The position numbers and the translations under genes were made by a program. From a virus, in IMG/VR virus record IMGVR_UViG_2784746744_000001, positions 1-64,000 of that record: a stretch of DNA of 64,000 bases; one strand, written 5' to 3'. Position 1 is the first letter of the stretch. Every line of letters starts with the position of its first letter. A model generated the notes under the pieces. That model did not search any database and was not told the origin of the DNA. It was given only the letters and a program-made list of their open reading frames with translations. Shown piece by piece: positions 27,104 through 35,421 of this stretch.

Positions 27104-27140
27104 AGGCCGGGCGAGCGATCGTGCCGGCCTTTTTTATGGC
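27104..27140 (+). terminator. rho-independent terminator
   Basis: GGCCGGGCGAGCGATCGTGCCGGCC followed by TTTTTT. Confidence 0.55.
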
Positions 27141-27181
27141 GTGTAGAACTGCTCCATACGCATGACCTGGCATTTTACCTC

Positions 27182-27331
27182 GGTCTCAACGCGGCGCTTT
27201 TCGACGACGACCTCGATGTCATCGCCGGCCAGCGTGACCAGCTCGAGGGCAAGATCCAAAGGCGTTACGGTTATGAAAAAGACCGGACCAAGAAAGACGT
27301 TGACGACTGGTATGGCCGACAGACTTGGTAA
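27182..27331 (+). pseudogene. CsbD-family general stress protein remnant (C-terminal half only, no start codon in frame)
   Basis: Frame-2 translation ...DDDLDVIAGQRDQLEGKIQRRYGYEKDRTKKDVDDW matches the CsbD C-terminal consensus. The N-terminal half is unrelated and no ATG/GTG/TTG is available. Confidence 0.4.
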
Positions 27332-27375
27332 AGATGAACCCCGCTTCGGCGGGATTTTTCTTTGCCATTTTGTGG

Positions 27376-27400
27376 GGAACCAATATCGCTCGACCTCGTT
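27376..27400 (+). promoter_or_regulatory. EcfG-type general-stress promoter GGAAC-N16-CGTT upstream of the PRC-barrel gene
   Basis: GGAAC at 27376-27380, 16-nt spacer, CGTT at 27397-27400. About 50 nt upstream of the start codon. Confidence 0.5.
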
Positions 27401-27451
27401 ATCTGGCCGACACGAAACGTCGTGATAACAGATGCATACGAGGAAATACTC

Positions 27452-27928
27452 ATGAAGAACATGATTGCCGCCGCCATGACCGTAGCGATGATGGGCACGG
27501 CTGCCTATGCGCAGCAGCCTGCTGCACCGGCAGCCCCCGCTGCTGAGCAGCCGGCCGCATCTGGTGCCGACGCAACTATGGTTGGTCCCGGCCTCACTAT
27601 GGGTAAGGCAGCAACCATGCCGCTCAAGTATGTTGAGATCAAGGACACGGATCTCGTGACCTCCAAGCTGGTCGGCATGAACATTTACAACAAGGAAAAT
27701 GAGGAAGTCGGTGAAATTTCCGACGTTGTGATCGGCAATGGCAAGTCGGTCATCGGCGTGATCGCGAGCGTTGGCGGTTTCCTCGGTCTCGGCAGCAGCT
27801 ACGTCGTTATCGATCCGGCGTCCATGGCTATCGCTGACGACAACGGCACCTGGAAAGCCTATGTTGACACGAACAAGGAGGCCCTGACCGCGGCGCCGAA
27901 GTTCGATTACGACAAGATGAAGAAGTAA
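27452..27928 (+). CDS. secreted PRC-barrel domain protein
   Basis: Signal peptide MKNMIAAAMTVAMMGTAAYA. PRC-barrel core (VGMNIYNKENEEVGEISDVVI). Confidence 0.65.
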   Translation: MKNMIAAAMTVAMMGTAAYAQQPAAPAAPAAEQPAASGADATMVGPGLTMGKAATMPLKYVEIKDTDLVTSKLVGMNIYNKENEEVGEISDVVIGNGKSVIGVIASVGGFLGLGSSYVVIDPASMAIADDNGTWKAYVDTNKEALTAAPKFDYDKMKK

Positions 27929-28070
27929 GATTCTTATGTGTCGCTTTTGTCCGCTACCACGGATGTACTGGAGCGGATAGAGGCGACATCGAGGGCCAAG
28001 CGCGGAAACGTCGCGGCCCTTTTGCCACATGATTTCGTTAGACGGCTCGAATGTCACTGGTGCGAAATGA

Positions 28071-28303
28071 CAAAATTCCACTTTCAGGTACGGAATTCAG
28101 ACGGATCGTTGGGAGAAGTCTTCGAAGCGGATTTTGAATCATCTGCGGAGGCGAGATCAGAAGCAGTGCGAGCCGCTCGGGAGATGGTGTCCGACGGGCT
28201 TTGGCACGGACAACCTCTCGCCAACGAGACATTCGAAATTGTCTCCGAAAACGGCGAGATAATCGAAGCCGTACCGTTTCAGTCAGTGGTCAATTTCGAC
28301 TGA
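28071..28303 (+). CDS. DUF6894-like small protein
   Basis: MTKFHFQVRNSDGS...D.E..E..SAEAR.EA...ARE matches the DUF6894 pattern. Start inferred at the internal Met. Confidence 0.45.
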
Positions 28304-28662
28304 TCGATTGCTGCGGCAAGCGCACTGGCCAGATGTTCGCGTGACGACGGCTTTCCCAACCATGGGAAGTCGGCGAAGAACGTGCCATGATAGTCGGGAT
28401 CGAAACTCGTTCCTGAGTGAATGACAGTTGGTACGCCTAAGCTTCGAAGCGCACCCGCAACTGGCTCACAGTTTCTGCCGCGCACGTGGAAGTCAATGAC
28501 AGCAGCGTCCGGCTTATCCCTACTCAGATAATCCAAGGCCTCACTAACGCTCGGAACGACCGCGACGCGAGCGAAACCTAAGTCTAAAAGCATAGCTTCT
28601 ACGTCGAGTGCGATCAGCATTTCGTCGTCGAGAACGAGCGCGGTCTTGTTTTGTTCTTTCAT
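28279..28662 (-). CDS. single-domain response-regulator receiver (CheY-like) protein
   Basis: DD...D phospho-acceptor pattern (VLDDEMLIALDVEAML...AAVIDFHV). Start MKEQNK preceded by AAAGAGGG. Confidence 0.7.
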   Translation of the reverse strand: MKEQNKTALVLDDEMLIALDVEAMLLDLGFARVAVVPSVSEALDYLSRDKPDAAVIDFHVRGRNCEPVAGALRSLGVPTVIHSGTSFDPDYHGTFFADFPWLGKPSSREHLASALAAAIDQSKLTTD

Positions 28663-29080
28663 GGCCCTCTTTAACACGCCCGATTCAAGCCGCTATATAA
28701 AATGTTAAATCTCGGCATGGTACGGGTTGAATCTCGCGCTCCCCGCGAACCAGCTCGCCATATGCTGAATCACAGCCATATCCCCCCAACACAACCCCTG
28801 ATACCGCCCAGTAGCACGTTTTCATAACCGTGCATTATCCGTGCACGAGTGGGCGGAAACACCTGCACAACGCTGCCCGGTTAGTGCACGTTTAGTAGGG
28901 TATATATTTATATATACCCCTACACGTGCAACCGTGCAGGGCGGTGTGCTGCGCGCACGGTGCCCCGTAGGGTATTTTTAGAAGAACTGGGCGGGCAGGG
29001 CGCACGTTTGAAAATACAACCTGCGCCTTGAATGGCTGCCTCGCTCTCCGGATAAATCCTCCATCAAGACAGGAGGCATC

Positions 29081-29539
29081 ATGGCAAAGGCGACACAGCA
29101 GACAGTTCGCATCAACGGTGCTCGCACGATCATCCGCACCTCTGCAACCGGCAAGATTACAACCAAACCAGCGCCGCCGAAGGAATGGGAGTTGCAGGCT
29201 GCTCAGGTTCGAGCTTTCCGCGCCATGCCGGCCTACGGCAAGCGGTTCCTGCTGGCTGGTGACCAGAACGCTGCCAAGCGCGGTCCGCGCGCCCAGCAGG
29301 AAGCAATCGCAGCCGGCATGACGCCAGGCGAAGCTGACCTCCGTATTTATCTAGCGGGCGGCCAGATCCGGATGATTGAGAACAAGGTTGGTAAAGGCCG
29401 GCTGTCTACCGCCCAGAGGGATCGGCATGCGGCGCTGGCCCGGCTTGGTCATGATGTGACCGTCGTCTCCGCGACCACACCAGCGGATGCGGCCAGCCAG
29501 GCGGTCGAGCTAGTACAAGGCTGGCTAGCTGTTGCCTGA
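29081..29539 (+). CDS. VRR-NUC domain nuclease
   Basis: GMTPGEADLRIYLAGGQIRMIENKVGKGRLSTAQ...LGHDVTVV matches the VRR-NUC core. Confidence 0.7.
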   Translation: MAKATQQTVRINGARTIIRTSATGKITTKPAPPKEWELQAAQVRAFRAMPAYGKRFLLAGDQNAAKRGPRAQQEAIAAGMTPGEADLRIYLAGGQIRMIENKVGKGRLSTAQRDRHAALARLGHDVTVVSATTPADAASQAVELVQGWLAVA

Positions 29540-29710
29540 TGCATCGCGCCACTCGGCGCGCTCAGCCTGCCGGTTGCGCCATTGCTCACGTTTGGCTTCA
29601 CGGTCTCGGCAGATTGAATGTTCGTCGTCGTTCCAGCCTTTGGCGAACCAGATGCCCAAGCCGGCAAGGATAACGACCACAAAGCCGCTCATAAGAAACG
29701 AAGCAACCAT
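29525..29710 (-). CDS. small membrane protein (61 aa)
   Basis: AGGAGGATGTT before the ATG. N-terminal TM helix. Confidence 0.45.
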   Translation of the reverse strand: MVASFLMSGFVVVILAGLGIWFAKGWNDDEHSICRDREAKREQWRNRQAERAEWRDASGNS

Positions 29711-29766
29711 AACATCCTCCTGAACAGGTCAGTCTATAACAACTGATCACAATCCAAGAGGTTCCG

Positions 29767-29952
29767 TCATGGGGTGTGGTGGATTGAGCCGGTCATCACC
29801 TGATCAACGCCGTCTAATCGGCTCATTGCGAGAGATGCTCCGAACATCAGGATGGCGATGATCGGTACGGCGAAGAGAACAATCGATCCAGGCACACGCA
29901 CGGCAAACTCCAAACAGATAGCGGCTACGAAGCCACAAATGCCCGCAGGCAT
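29767..29952 (-). CDS. small membrane protein (61 aa, two TM helices)
   Basis: ORF only, weak RBS. Confidence 0.3.
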   Translation of the reverse strand: MPAGICGFVAAICLEFAVRVPGSIVLFAVPIIAILMFGASLAMSRLDGVDQVMTGSIHHTP

Positions 29953-29968
29953 TTAACGACAAGTTAAC
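29953..29968. promoter_or_regulatory. consensus CtrA-box-like motif TTAA-N7-TTAAC
   Basis: TTAACGACAAGTTAAC 45 nt upstream of the 30012 gene. A second GTTAAC lies at 29986. Confidence 0.4.
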
Positions 29969-30011
29969 TGATGGCGTTTGCGCACAGTTAACCACCACAG
30001 GAGGACACCAC

Positions 30012-30932
30012 ATGGCCCGACATGGATCACTTGCCGAGCAGCTTGGCGGCTTTCGCATCTTCGCTACTGCGCCCGATCATGAACCAGACCCACTCCAGAC
30101 GACATGGACTACCACCGCGGCGAATGACAACAATCCAGAGGACGTCGAGGAGCTCAAGCACGATCGCAAGCGGTTGGTGACGCCGTCTGTCCAGGAAATC
30201 ATGAAGAACGTCGCCACCGGCGAGTTGGAGCGCAACCAGTCTGGGCAGATCACCAAGATCGGCCGCCTAAAGTTCAGCGATGGCACACAGACAGAAAAAG
30301 CCTTCCGGTTCACGATTGACGGCAAGCTTGAGGAATATTCAGCCAGGATGACGACTGGCGCGATGTTGGGATGTCGCGACAAGGTGGACACTGCGCTTGG
30401 CGGCGAAATCAACCCGCAGGAGATCACAGACAGCAACAACTACTTCGCTGCCATGCTCGACACCAAGAAGCCTCGTTACGTCACTGGGCGACGCCACAAG
30501 GGACCACGCGTCAAGCTGACCCATGACGAGGCAAAGGCTGAACTGGCGGCCGCCTATGCAAACACCGATATGGCAAAGGTGACGTTCACCCGATACCCCG
30601 ACGGTCTGCCGTGTGGATCTCAGCGAGTAGCAGACAGCTTTCTTGGAATGCAAAAGACCACATGTGCCGGCGGCGGCTCGGTCATGTGGCAGGACATCGT
30701 TTCGCAGAGAGAAGATCGGCGCGAATGGCTTGAGGCCAAGGACGGCATGGCCGAACACCACTTCAAAACGTTGACAGATGCCGCCAAGGCGGGAAGCCTG
30801 AAACAGCTGGGTCAGGCGCGAGGGTACAGCGGACAGTACGCGATCGAGGCAGGTCGCCGGCTTCTAGTGGCAGCCAACGATAACTTCGAGCAGGCGCTCG
30901 AATTGGCTCGATCCGCAAAAAGTTCAACATAG
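30012..30932 (+). CDS. hypothetical phage protein. AANDN motif near both termini
   Basis: 306 aa. Leader ACCACCACAGGAGGACACCAC. Confidence 0.55.
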   Translation: MARHGSLAEQLGGFRIFATAPDHEPDPLQTTWTTTAANDNNPEDVEELKHDRKRLVTPSVQEIMKNVATGELERNQSGQITKIGRLKFSDGTQTEKAFRFTIDGKLEEYSARMTTGAMLGCRDKVDTALGGEINPQEITDSNNYFAAMLDTKKPRYVTGRRHKGPRVKLTHDEAKAELAAAYANTDMAKVTFTRYPDGLPCGSQRVADSFLGMQKTTCAGGGSVMWQDIVSQREDRREWLEAKDGMAEHHFKTLTDAAKAGSLKQLGQARGYSGQYAIEAGRRLLVAANDNFEQALELARSAKSST

Positions 30933-31081
30933 CGTCTGACTTTCTGCAATCTCGGAGAGAGTAAGGTGAAGGGGTAGCGCAACAGAGTTGCGAGCCCCAA
31001 ACCACTCCGTGCGCTATGCGACGGACCCATCGCCATGCTGCATTCGTTGCAGCCTCTGAGCTTTGGGTAACTATTAGCCGA

Positions 31082-31156
31082 TCAGCGGAAACCGAAGAAG
31101 CTGAGTACGGCGAGAATGATGACGACGGCGCCTACGAGCCAAACGATGCTGTTCAT
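31082..31156 (-). CDS. 24-aa hydrophobic peptide (MNSIVWLVGAVVIILAVLSFFGFR), possible small membrane protein / type-I-toxin-like
   Basis: AAGGA 7 nt before the ATG. Single TM helix. Antisense to a plus-strand ORF. Confidence 0.3.
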   Translation of the reverse strand: MNSIVWLVGAVVIILAVLSFFGFR

Positions 31157-31550
31157 TTCGGTGTCCTTTTTGAATGTGAACTTGTGACGGATCACAATGC
31201 CTCATGGCCCCGTGAGTTCCATGCGCTGTCATCGAAATCAGCCTGCCATGTCGAGCCGCATGGCGGACCATGGCGGCACCCATGAGCATCCTAGTCCTCT
31301 GTGTCTTTGATTGTGCCGGATACATGCCGTCACCATTGCGGGCATATGCCTAACGTCACGAATTAACGTGAGGGCGCTGCTGACGAGTAGTGGCTGGATG
31401 CACCCATACGGCCATTCACCGATAGATGCTTGCGGCTTGGACGCGGCATTCGGTTGGCCTCCTTAATCCCCACGTCGACCTCTCCTCCGTCGTGTGGTGA
31501 TCCCTGCGGCTGGCTCGCTTCGGCTTGAGCCGGCCGCTTTCGGTTTTTTC

Positions 31551-31627
31551 CGCAGAGTAGAGCAGCCAGGTAGCTTGTCAGGTTCATACCCTGAAGGTCG
31601 CGGGTTCAAATCCCGCCTCTGCAACCA
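31551..31627 (+). tRNA. tRNA-Met (CAT), initiator-like (C1-A72 mismatch)
   Basis: Cloverleaf folded by hand. Anticodon loop TTCATAC. T-arm GCGGGTTCAAATCCCGC. 3-prime CCA. High similarity to bacterial tRNA-fMet. Confidence 0.75.
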
Positions 31628-31635
31628 ACTCCCAT

Positions 31636-31711
31636 GCGCGTCTGGCCGAGTGGTTCAGGCAACGGTCTCCAAAACCGTCTAGGTCGGTTCGATTCCGGCG
31701 GCGCTGCGCCA
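31636..31711 (+). tRNA. tRNA-like sequence, possibly tRNA-Trp (CCA anticodon), with imperfect acceptor stem (possible pseudo-tRNA or att remnant)
   Basis: D-arm GCCGAGTGGTTCAGGC. Anticodon arm ACGGT-CTCCAAA-ACCGT. T-arm GTCGGTTCGATTCCGGC. Acceptor pairing only 5 of 7 and no clean CCA register. Confidence 0.35.
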
Positions 31712-31727
31712 ATCACCGAGAAAACCA

Positions 31728-32363
31728 ATGATCGTCATGACAGTCGTCGGCAGTGGCATGGCCCAGCTTGAAGAAGCGACGATCGTTCTCGGCACACAGG
31801 GACGCGCACGACGCGCTTATTCCCGCGCTATCAACCACACCGGCGATATTGTCCGAAACGAAGCAGGCAGCGCGCTGTCCGCCCAGACGGGTCTTCCAAA
31901 CCGTACAGGCAAGAAGGCTTATCGGATATCCGGCGAGCGTGCTAAGCCAGACACGCTGACGTATGTGGTCAACGGGCAGGGCGGCGATATCGCGCTCAAG
32001 TACTTCAAGGCACGAGAGACCAAGAAGGGCGTCAGCGCCGCGCCTCGTAATGCGAGGCGTGTGTTCGCGTCTACCTTCATGAAGGCTGGATGGTGGCCCA
32101 AGCGAGTTGGCAAGCCCAATTGGAATAAGCAGGTCTTCATCCGTCAGGGCGATGGATACAAGTACAACATCTCGAAGAACAATCCATTCAATGCCAAGCG
32201 CGAGCGCATGAAGACCAACTTCCGCAAAGTGAAGTCAGGCGTCTTCGTCCCGCAGGAGATGGTCCAAGGCCTTGCTGCCGAGGCGTGGAGGAAGGGTGCG
32301 CAGCGCCTTCAACCCCGCGTCGAGCACGAAGTCAGGGCAATGACCAAAGGGATCGTCAGTTAA
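31728..32363 (+). CDS. hypothetical phage protein (basic, possible virion morphogenesis protein)
   Basis: 211 aa, upstream of the packaging genes. No confident family. Confidence 0.45.
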   Translation: MIVMTVVGSGMAQLEEATIVLGTQGRARRAYSRAINHTGDIVRNEAGSALSAQTGLPNRTGKKAYRISGERAKPDTLTYVVNGQGGDIALKYFKARETKKGVSAAPRNARRVFASTFMKAGWWPKRVGKPNWNKQVFIRQGDGYKYNISKNNPFNAKRERMKTNFRKVKSGVFVPQEMVQGLAAEAWRKGAQRLQPRVEHEVRAMTKGIVS

Positions 32364-32414
32364 TGCATTGGATGAAAATAATCGCACAAAATACTGTTTT
32401 CATGCACTTTTATG

Positions 32415-32444
32415 TTGACAGATGTATCGCGCTCGTGGTATCAT
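32415..32444 (+). promoter_or_regulatory. strong sigma70-type promoter TTGACA-N18-TGgTATCAT (extended -10) for the packaging/head operon
   Basis: Near-consensus hexamers with TG extension. Followed by a 160-nt GC-rich structured leader to the TerS start. Confidence 0.55.
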
Positions 32445-32611
32445 GGTGAGGCCACCGGTGGGCACCCCCTCCATTGGGTCCCTCTGACCCTCTGCCGGGC
32501 CTATGCGGGCGGGAAGGCCCGGGCTTGAACTAGGTCCGAAAATTTCCAGAACCGCTTTCCTACTTGTCTAGTCGGCCCGTCTCCCCCGTAGGGGGAGGTT
32601 GAGCCGCAACC

Positions 32612-33163
32612 ATGAAAGTGTTGCCGGCGATGTCCAAAGGTAAGGAAGTCAGCCAGGCCGAACTTTCCGACATCATCGGCAAATCGCAGGTCACGCTTCG
32701 TGCGTGGGAGCGAGAAGGCATGCCGGTACTGTCGAAGGCAGGCAAAGGCAGAGCATCGACCTACAACACGGTCGAGGTGATCGAATGGATGGAAGCCCGG
32801 CTGATATCCAAGTTTGCGGCCAGCAAGGAAGACGACACCGATGTCGTTTCCGAGGATGAGGGGCGCCGCCGCAAGATCGTAGCTGAGGCCAAGCTGGCCG
32901 AATTGAAACTTGCTGTCGAGAGCGGGGAGCTTGTCGAGATCGAGGCCGTAGGGGTCGAGGTCGATACTGTGTTGAGCAGCGTGCGAGCGCGGCTCTTGGC
33001 AATACCCGGAACGCTGGCACTGACGCTGACAAACGAACCGGACCCGTCCGTCGTTCGTGATCGCGTCTTTGACGAGATTTCGGGGGCACTGAATGAGCTA
33101 TCAGCCGCTGATCTCGGCAGGCCGAGCGAAGCTACAGGCGCGCCTGAGGCAATCGAGGCTTAA
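32612..33163 (+). CDS. terminase small subunit (HTH DNA-binding)
   Basis: N-terminal HTH (VSQAELSDIIGKSQVTLRAWEREGMP). Position immediately before TerL. C-terminal coiled coil. Confidence 0.6.
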   Translation: MKVLPAMSKGKEVSQAELSDIIGKSQVTLRAWEREGMPVLSKAGKGRASTYNTVEVIEWMEARLISKFAASKEDDTDVVSEDEGRRRKIVAEAKLAELKLAVESGELVEIEAVGVEVDTVLSSVRARLLAIPGTLALTLTNEPDPSVVRDRVFDEISGALNELSAADLGRPSEATGAPEAIEA

Positions 33164-35219
33164 AGGCCTCACGCCTCCGCCCAAGCTCAATCTCGTTGAA
33201 TGGGCCGACACCTATCGCTTTCTGAGCCCAGAGGCTTCGTCCTCACCGGGCCGCTGGCGCACTTCGAATGTCGAGGTAGCGCGCGGCCCGATGCTGGCGG
33301 CCACGGATCCTCGCATCCACACTGTCACCATCATGTGCTGCACGCAGCTCATGAAGACGGAGCTCATTAACAACGTCGCCGCCTTCTACATCCATCAGGA
33401 TCCGGCGCCGATCATTCTGATTCAGCCGACTACAAAGCTCGGCGAAAGCTGGTCTAAGGACCGCTTCGATAAGCTTCGTCGTGATACGCCGGTTATTCGG
33501 GAACGCGTCCGCGAGGCTCGCTCGAAGGACAGTGGCACGACGATCCTGCACAAGGACTTCGACGGCGGCCACCTGACCATCGTCGGTGCCAACAGCCCGG
33601 TAGATCTGGCCTCGCGCCCGATCCGCGTCGTGCTCGCTGACGAAATCGACAAGTACCCGGCCAGCGCTGGCAAGGAAGGCGATCCGCTTTCACTTGCTGA
33701 GGAACGCGCTGCATCATTTTGGAATCGCAAGTTCATTAGAGCTTGCTCTCCGACCATCGCCGGCAACTCAAAAATCGAATCCGAATATGAGGCGTCCGAT
33801 CAGCGGAAGCCTTTCCTGCCTTGCCCTCACTGCGAGGCGCTGCAGGTCTTGGAATTCGAGCGAGTGCGCTGGGATAAGTCGGTCGACGGCCAGCATCTGC
33901 CGGCCACGGCGCGATATCATTGCGTCGAATGTGATGAGCCTTGGGACGAGACGGCACGCCAGCGAATGCTGCGCACGCCCAACTCGATCGTCTGGCGCCA
34001 GACCGCAACATTCATGTGCTGCGGCGATGAGCAGTCTCCATCCAAGTGGGATGACGACGGCCACTCGCTCTGCACTCACTGCAATAAGCGATCGGCCTTT
34101 GACGGGCATGCTGGCTTCTGGGCATCAAAGCTATATTCGCCTTGGGGCGGGCTGGACGATGTCGCGCGCAAGTGGCTGAAGGCTACGGCGTCCAAGAGCA
34201 GCGAACTGCTCAAGACGTTCTTCAACACTCAGCTCGGCAAGCCTTTCCAGATCACCGGTGACGCACCGGAATGGCGCAAGCTCTATGACCGGCGTGACCA
34301 CCATCACCTCGGTATCATACCGAAAGGTGCTGTGTTCCTCACGGCCGGCATCGACGTCCAGCGCGATCGTGTCGAAATGCATATCTGGGGCTGGGGTCGC
34401 GGTTTAGAATCGTGGCTCGTTGATGTTCTCGTCTTTGAGGGTGTGACCGCCGATATCGGCCATCAGGTCTGGAAGGATCTGGCGACCGCACTCAAGCGGA
34501 CATGGCCACATGCCGGCGGTGCCCACCTGCCAATCATGCGCGCGGCGATCGACACCGGTGACGGACTGACGACTTCGGTTGTCTACGAATGGTGCCGGCT
34601 TCAGGGCCGTGGCCAGGTTGTTGCCATCAAGGGCGACCGCGAAAAGCTCAATGCTGTTTCGCCGGTCGACGGCCCTAAATGGATGGACGTCAAGGTTAGT
34701 GGCAAGAAGATCAAACGCGGTCTGGCCCTCTACATGGTCTCCGGCCCGTTCTTCAAGCAGGAGCTTTACCGCTACCTGCGGCTCGACAAACCCACTGATG
34801 AGGATCTGGCCGTCGGCGTCTGCTTCCCAGACGGCTACGTCCATATTCCTCAGGGCGCGACGGGCGAATGGGTCGAACAGCTCGTCGCTGAGCAGTTGGT
34901 CACTGAGAAAAACAAGATCACAGGCTTCGGCAAACTGAGGTGGGTCAAGACCCGCGAGCGAAACGAAGCGCTCGACTGCCGCGTCTATGCGCGCTCGATG
35001 GTCTGGTTGCTCGGTGCGGATCGCTGGTCGAATGCCCAGTGGTACAAACTGGAGGTTCAATGCGGCGGCTCTGATGAGCCCCCCGAAAGGCCGGCAATCA
35101 TCGCCGCGCCGGTGCCTCAGGCCAAGTCCGAAGATCCACCGCCACCACCACCCGCAAACGACAACCCTGCACCTCCTACGGCAAAGAAGCCGAAGAAGGC
35201 CGCATCATCATGGCTTTAG
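33093..35219 (+). CDS. terminase large subunit (lambda GpA-like). C-terminal PPPANDNPAPP tail
   Basis: 708 aa. GpA-family N-terminal and ATPase/nuclease regions. Start may be slightly downstream (71-nt overlap with TerS). Confidence 0.85.
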   Translation: MSYQPLISAGRAKLQARLRQSRLKGLTPPPKLNLVEWADTYRFLSPEASSSPGRWRTSNVEVARGPMLAATDPRIHTVTIMCCTQLMKTELINNVAAFYIHQDPAPIILIQPTTKLGESWSKDRFDKLRRDTPVIRERVREARSKDSGTTILHKDFDGGHLTIVGANSPVDLASRPIRVVLADEIDKYPASAGKEGDPLSLAEERAASFWNRKFIRACSPTIAGNSKIESEYEASDQRKPFLPCPHCEALQVLEFERVRWDKSVDGQHLPATARYHCVECDEPWDETARQRMLRTPNSIVWRQTATFMCCGDEQSPSKWDDDGHSLCTHCNKRSAFDGHAGFWASKLYSPWGGLDDVARKWLKATASKSSELLKTFFNTQLGKPFQITGDAPEWRKLYDRRDHHHLGIIPKGAVFLTAGIDVQRDRVEMHIWGWGRGLESWLVDVLVFEGVTADIGHQVWKDLATALKRTWPHAGGAHLPIMRAAIDTGDGLTTSVVYEWCRLQGRGQVVAIKGDREKLNAVSPVDGPKWMDVKVSGKKIKRGLALYMVSGPFFKQELYRYLRLDKPTDEDLAVGVCFPDGYVHIPQGATGEWVEQLVAEQLVTEKNKITGFGKLRWVKTRERNEALDCRVYARSMVWLLGADRWSNAQWYKLEVQCGGSDEPPERPAIIAAPVPQAKSEDPPPPPPANDNPAPPTAKKPKKAASSWL

Positions 35220-35228
35220 GAGGCAATC

Positions 35229-35420
35229 ATGGCTGACAATTCTGCACAGATTGCCGCCCTTAGAGAGGCTATCTCGCAGGGTGCTCGCCGCGTTGTATTT
35301 CGTGACGGCGGCACCCACCGCGAGGTGGAGTATCCATCGATGAAGGAATTGCGGGACACGCTCGAGTGGCTTGAGGCCCAGCAGTCTCGGAAGTCGCGCA
35401 TCACGCTGGCGGCATTCTGA
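35229..35420 (+). CDS. head-tail joining protein, lambda gpW-like
   Basis: 63 aa. Position between TerL and the portal. AGGAGG RBS. Confidence 0.55.
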   Translation: MADNSAQIAALREAISQGARRVVFRDGGTHREVEYPSMKELRDTLEWLEAQQSRKSRITLAAF

Positions 35421-35421
35421 A

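Noticed and set aside
27162-27425. 87-aa ORF
   Set aside because: It is out of frame over the CsbD-homologous frame and crosses a terminator hairpin. The CsbD remnant frame explains the similarity.
28700-29080. Possible CRISPR array suggested by the repeated GCACGTTT and GTAGGGTAT units
   Set aside because: The repeats are short and irregularly spaced with no uniform spacers, and no cas genes are nearby. They fit iterons or operators better.
31636-31711. Calling the second tRNA-like sequence a bona fide tRNA-Trp
   Set aside because: The acceptor stem pairs at only 5 of 7 positions with my best register, and no CCA or discriminator fits. I kept it as a low-confidence tRNA-like or pseudo-tRNA pending tRNAscan.
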